Part shown: positions 62,383 through 64,000 of the stretch, in pieces
How positions within the stretch are numbered: the first letter of the stretch is position 1
How the letters are laid out: each line of letters begins with the position of its first letter
Source of the DNA: Gaiellales bacterium
GTDB taxonomy: Bacteria; Actinomycetota; Thermoleophilia; Gaiellales; F1-60-MAGs149
DNA: 64,000 nucleotides
NCBI GenBank assembly: GCA_964203045.1
Contig: CAXNKU010000005.1
Span: forward strand, 34,117 to 98,116
Reading direction: 5' to 3'
Notes under the pieces: model-generated
Told to the model about the DNA's origin: nothing
Database searches by the model: none
What the model saw: the letters and a program-made list of their open reading frames with translations, nothing else
Translations under genes and position numbers: made by a program

Positions 62383-62541
62383 CGAATGTCCAGAAGGGGT
62401 CAGGCACGATCTGGACATTCGATGACGAGTGAGCTCGTCTAACAAATGTCCAGATCGTGCCTGACCCCTTCTGGACATTCGATGACGAGTGAGCTCGTCT
62501 GACAAATGTCCAGATCGTGCCTGACCCCTTCTGGACATTCG
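62383..62541. repeat. family B tandem array: three 60-bp-period units (hairpin X plus hairpin Y), first X loop inverted
   Basis: X units at 62385-62419, 62445-62479 and 62505-62539 (AATGTCCAGA-15 nt-TCTGGACATT). Y hairpins GACGAGtgagCTCGTC at 62424-62439 and 62484-62499. Anchored on ORF start 62538. Confidence 0.9.
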
Positions 62542-62548
62542 TGACGTA

Positions 62549-62601
62549 GAAACAGAAAAGGCCCCGTGTCCTTCGGCTGTTGCCTAGGAACACGGGGCCT
62601 T
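62549..62601 (-). terminator. intrinsic terminator of rpoC
   Basis: On the minus strand, 12 nt after the rpoC stop: AAGGCCCCGUGU-(20-nt loop)-ACACGGGGCCUU followed by UUCUGUUUCU. GC-rich 12-bp stem plus a U-rich tract. Confidence 0.8.
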
Positions 62602-62612
62602 CGCTTGACGCT

Positions 62613-64000
62613 CTAGTTGAGACCGTTATCGCCCTCAAAGCGCTCTTCGAGACCAATCATTGGCTCGATTTCCTCGCCAGCGATACCAAGATCGTCGTCG
62701 AACTCGGGGATGCCGATGATCTCTGGCGTCCACGGCTCGCGCGGCTCAATCTCGATGTTGCGGTACTGCTTGAGACCTGTCGAAGCCGGGATCAACTTAC
62801 CGATGATCACGTTCTCCTTGAGGCCGAGCAGATGGTCGGTCTTGCCTTCGATCGAGGCATCCGTCAGCACCTTGGTGGTCTCCTGGAAGGAGGCCGCCGA
62901 GAGGAAGCTCTCAGTGGCGAGCGAGGCCTTGGTGATACCAAGCACCTGCTGCTCACCCGTTGGCACCTCGGTCTTCTTGACCTTGGCCGCCTTCTTCTCA
63001 AGTGCTGCGCGGTTCGCAACGAAGTCGGAGACCTCGACGAGCTGACCCGGCAGATAGTCCGTGTCGCCCGGGAAGTCCACGAGCACACGACGCGTCATCT
63101 GACGTGCGATGACCTCGATGTGCTTGTCGTTGATCTCCACGCCCTGGTCGCGGTACACGCGCTGGACCTCTTCGGTCAGGTAGCGCGTGGCACGATCGAG
63201 GCCGGTAGCCATCAGGTCGGGAGCGGCGAGCACGCCGTTGACGATCTGCTGACCACGCACCACGATCTGGCCATCCTCGACGATCTCCTCAGCGGAGCGC
63301 GAGTACGGAATGCCCTTCGTCAGCCACTCATGCAGCGTGCGCGTCATGCGCTCGCCACGGTAGAAGATGACGGTGCCTTCGCCCTTGACCTCACGTACCT
63401 CGATGTCGTCGCGCAGCGGCAAGACGAAGACGAACTGTCCCGTCAGCTTGGCGCGGCGAATCACACGACCGTCGACGTGGGAAACAGCGCCCGGCGTCTT
63501 TGGCGTGCGGGCCTCGAACAGCTCGACGACGCGCGGCAAGCCGTGCGTGATGTCGGAGCCGGCAACGCCGCCTGTATGGAACGTGCGCATGGTCAGCTGA
63601 GTACCCGGCTCGCCGATCGACTGCGCGGCGATAATGCCGACCGCGTCACCGACCTCCGAGCGACTACCCGTTGCTGGCATGACGCCGTAGCAGGCAGCAC
63701 AAACGCCGATCTCGGCGTTGCAGGTGAGCACGCTGCGCACCGGCACGGTGCACTCGGCATCGACCTTCTCATTGAGTGCCCACGTAAGTGTGCGGATCTG
63801 GAGGATGCGCACCTCTTCCGGCGTACGATCGGCATGCGGCTTGGAGGGATAGCCCTCCTCCTCGAGACGCCGGAGGAACTTCTCCGGGTTCTTCATGTCG
63901 TCGATTGCCTCGAGCGTGAAGTACGGATCCTCACCCTTGTTCTCGCGCTTGAAGACCTCAGCAAGGTCCGTCAGGCCGACAGCCTTGGCGAGCGCAATCG
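62613..64000 (-). CDS. rpoC: DNA-directed RNA polymerase subunit beta' (C-terminal part; 5' end beyond window)
   Basis: Track ORF 62613..63896 plus 104 further in-frame stop-free nt up to the window edge (..IALAKAVGLTDLAEVFKRENKGEDPYFTLEAIDDMKNPEK..). ..GEPGTQLTMRTFHTGGVAG.. trigger-loop region; ..ASFQETTKVLTDA... Confidence 0.95.
   Translation of the reverse strand, partial: IALAKAVGLTDLAEVFKRENKGEDPYFTLEAIDDMKNPEKFLRRLEEEGYPSKPHADRTPEEVRILQIRTLTWALNEKVDAECTVPVRSVLTCNAEIGVCAACYGVMPATGSRSEVGDAVGIIAAQSIGEPGTQLTMRTFHTGGVAGSDITHGLPRVVELFEARTPKTPGAVSHVDGRVIRRAKLTGQFVFVLPLRDDIEVREVKGEGTVIFYRGERMTRTLHEWLTKGIPYSRSAEEIVEDGQIVVRGQQIVNGVLAAPDLMATGLDRATRYLTEEVQRVYRDQGVEINDKHIEVIARQMTRRVLVDFPGDTDYLPGQLVEVSDFVANRAALEKKAAKVKKTEVPTGEQQVLGITKASLATESFLSAASFQETTKVLTDASIEGKTDHLLGLKENVIIGKLIPASTGLKQYRNIEIEPREPWTPEIIGIPEFDDDLGIAGEEIEPMIGLEERFEGDNGLN

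Noticed and set aside
62341-62538. 65-aa ORF with internally repeated peptide MSRRGQARSGHL(S/L)DELTRHR, and similar small ORFs at 61403..61729, 62324..62656 and 12576..12843.
   Set aside because: These are simply translations of the hairpin repeats. The periodic peptide follows the 60-bp DNA period, and equivalent ORFs appear on both strands.
62383-62541. Regularly spaced 60-bp repeats as a possible CRISPR array.
   Set aside because: The segments between the hairpin repeats are themselves identical (cgatgacgagtgagctcgtct), so there are no unique spacers. There are only three units and no cas genes. This is a tandem composite repeat, not CRISPR.

Overview
The window is high-GC DNA (roughly two-thirds G+C by eye, not computed). 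Gene content and order look actinobacterial, which is an inference. It is almost entirely housekeeping chromosome.

The right half (40.1-64 kb, minus strand) is a nearly complete str/S10/spc/alpha ribosomal superoperon:
- rpoC (5' end outside the window), then a 2.3-kb accessory insert
- rpsL-rpsG-fusA-tuf-rpsJ-rplCDWB-rpsS-rplV-rpsC-rplP-rpmC-rpsQ-rplNXE-rpsN-rpsH-rplFR-rpsE-rpmD-rplO-secY-adk-map-rpmJ-rpsMKD-rpoA-rplQ-truA

The left half carries:
- DNA repair and replication: nth (found by hand because it runs off the left edge), an addB/addA-like helicase-nuclease pair, mfd, ligA
- Cytochrome c maturation: ccmH plus a thioredoxin-like gene
- Other housekeeping: a 7Fe ferredoxin, an L,D-transpeptidase, eno, mazG, a parvulin lipoprotein, rsgA, an aldehyde dehydrogenase, RNase J, a NIF3-family gene, surE, a Ca2+/H+ antiporter
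- tRNA-Pro(CGG)

I found no rRNA, CRISPR array, transposase or prophage, and I did not find a convincing novel multi-gene system. The observations worth a second look are:
1. Two families of structured intergenic hairpin repeats. In one family four unrelated stems present the same loop motif GGGGTCAG(A/G)C. In one tandem array the loop is flipped relative to its flank.
2. A lower-GC accessory insert exactly at the normally tight rpoC/rpsL junction. It encodes a membrane-anchored repeat protein with a C1q-like head and a redoxin, and is bracketed by those repeats.
3. A translationally coupled pair with atypical codon usage: a Tat-signal protein followed by a tail-collar-domain protein.
4. Long low-complexity extensions on ribosomal proteins S17, S3 and L22.
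5. At least six single-base frame disruptions in four genes. Two of these genes are essential (rplP and rpsL), so sequence error is more likely than real pseudogenes.

All functional calls come from reading motifs in the supplied translations. No database search was run.
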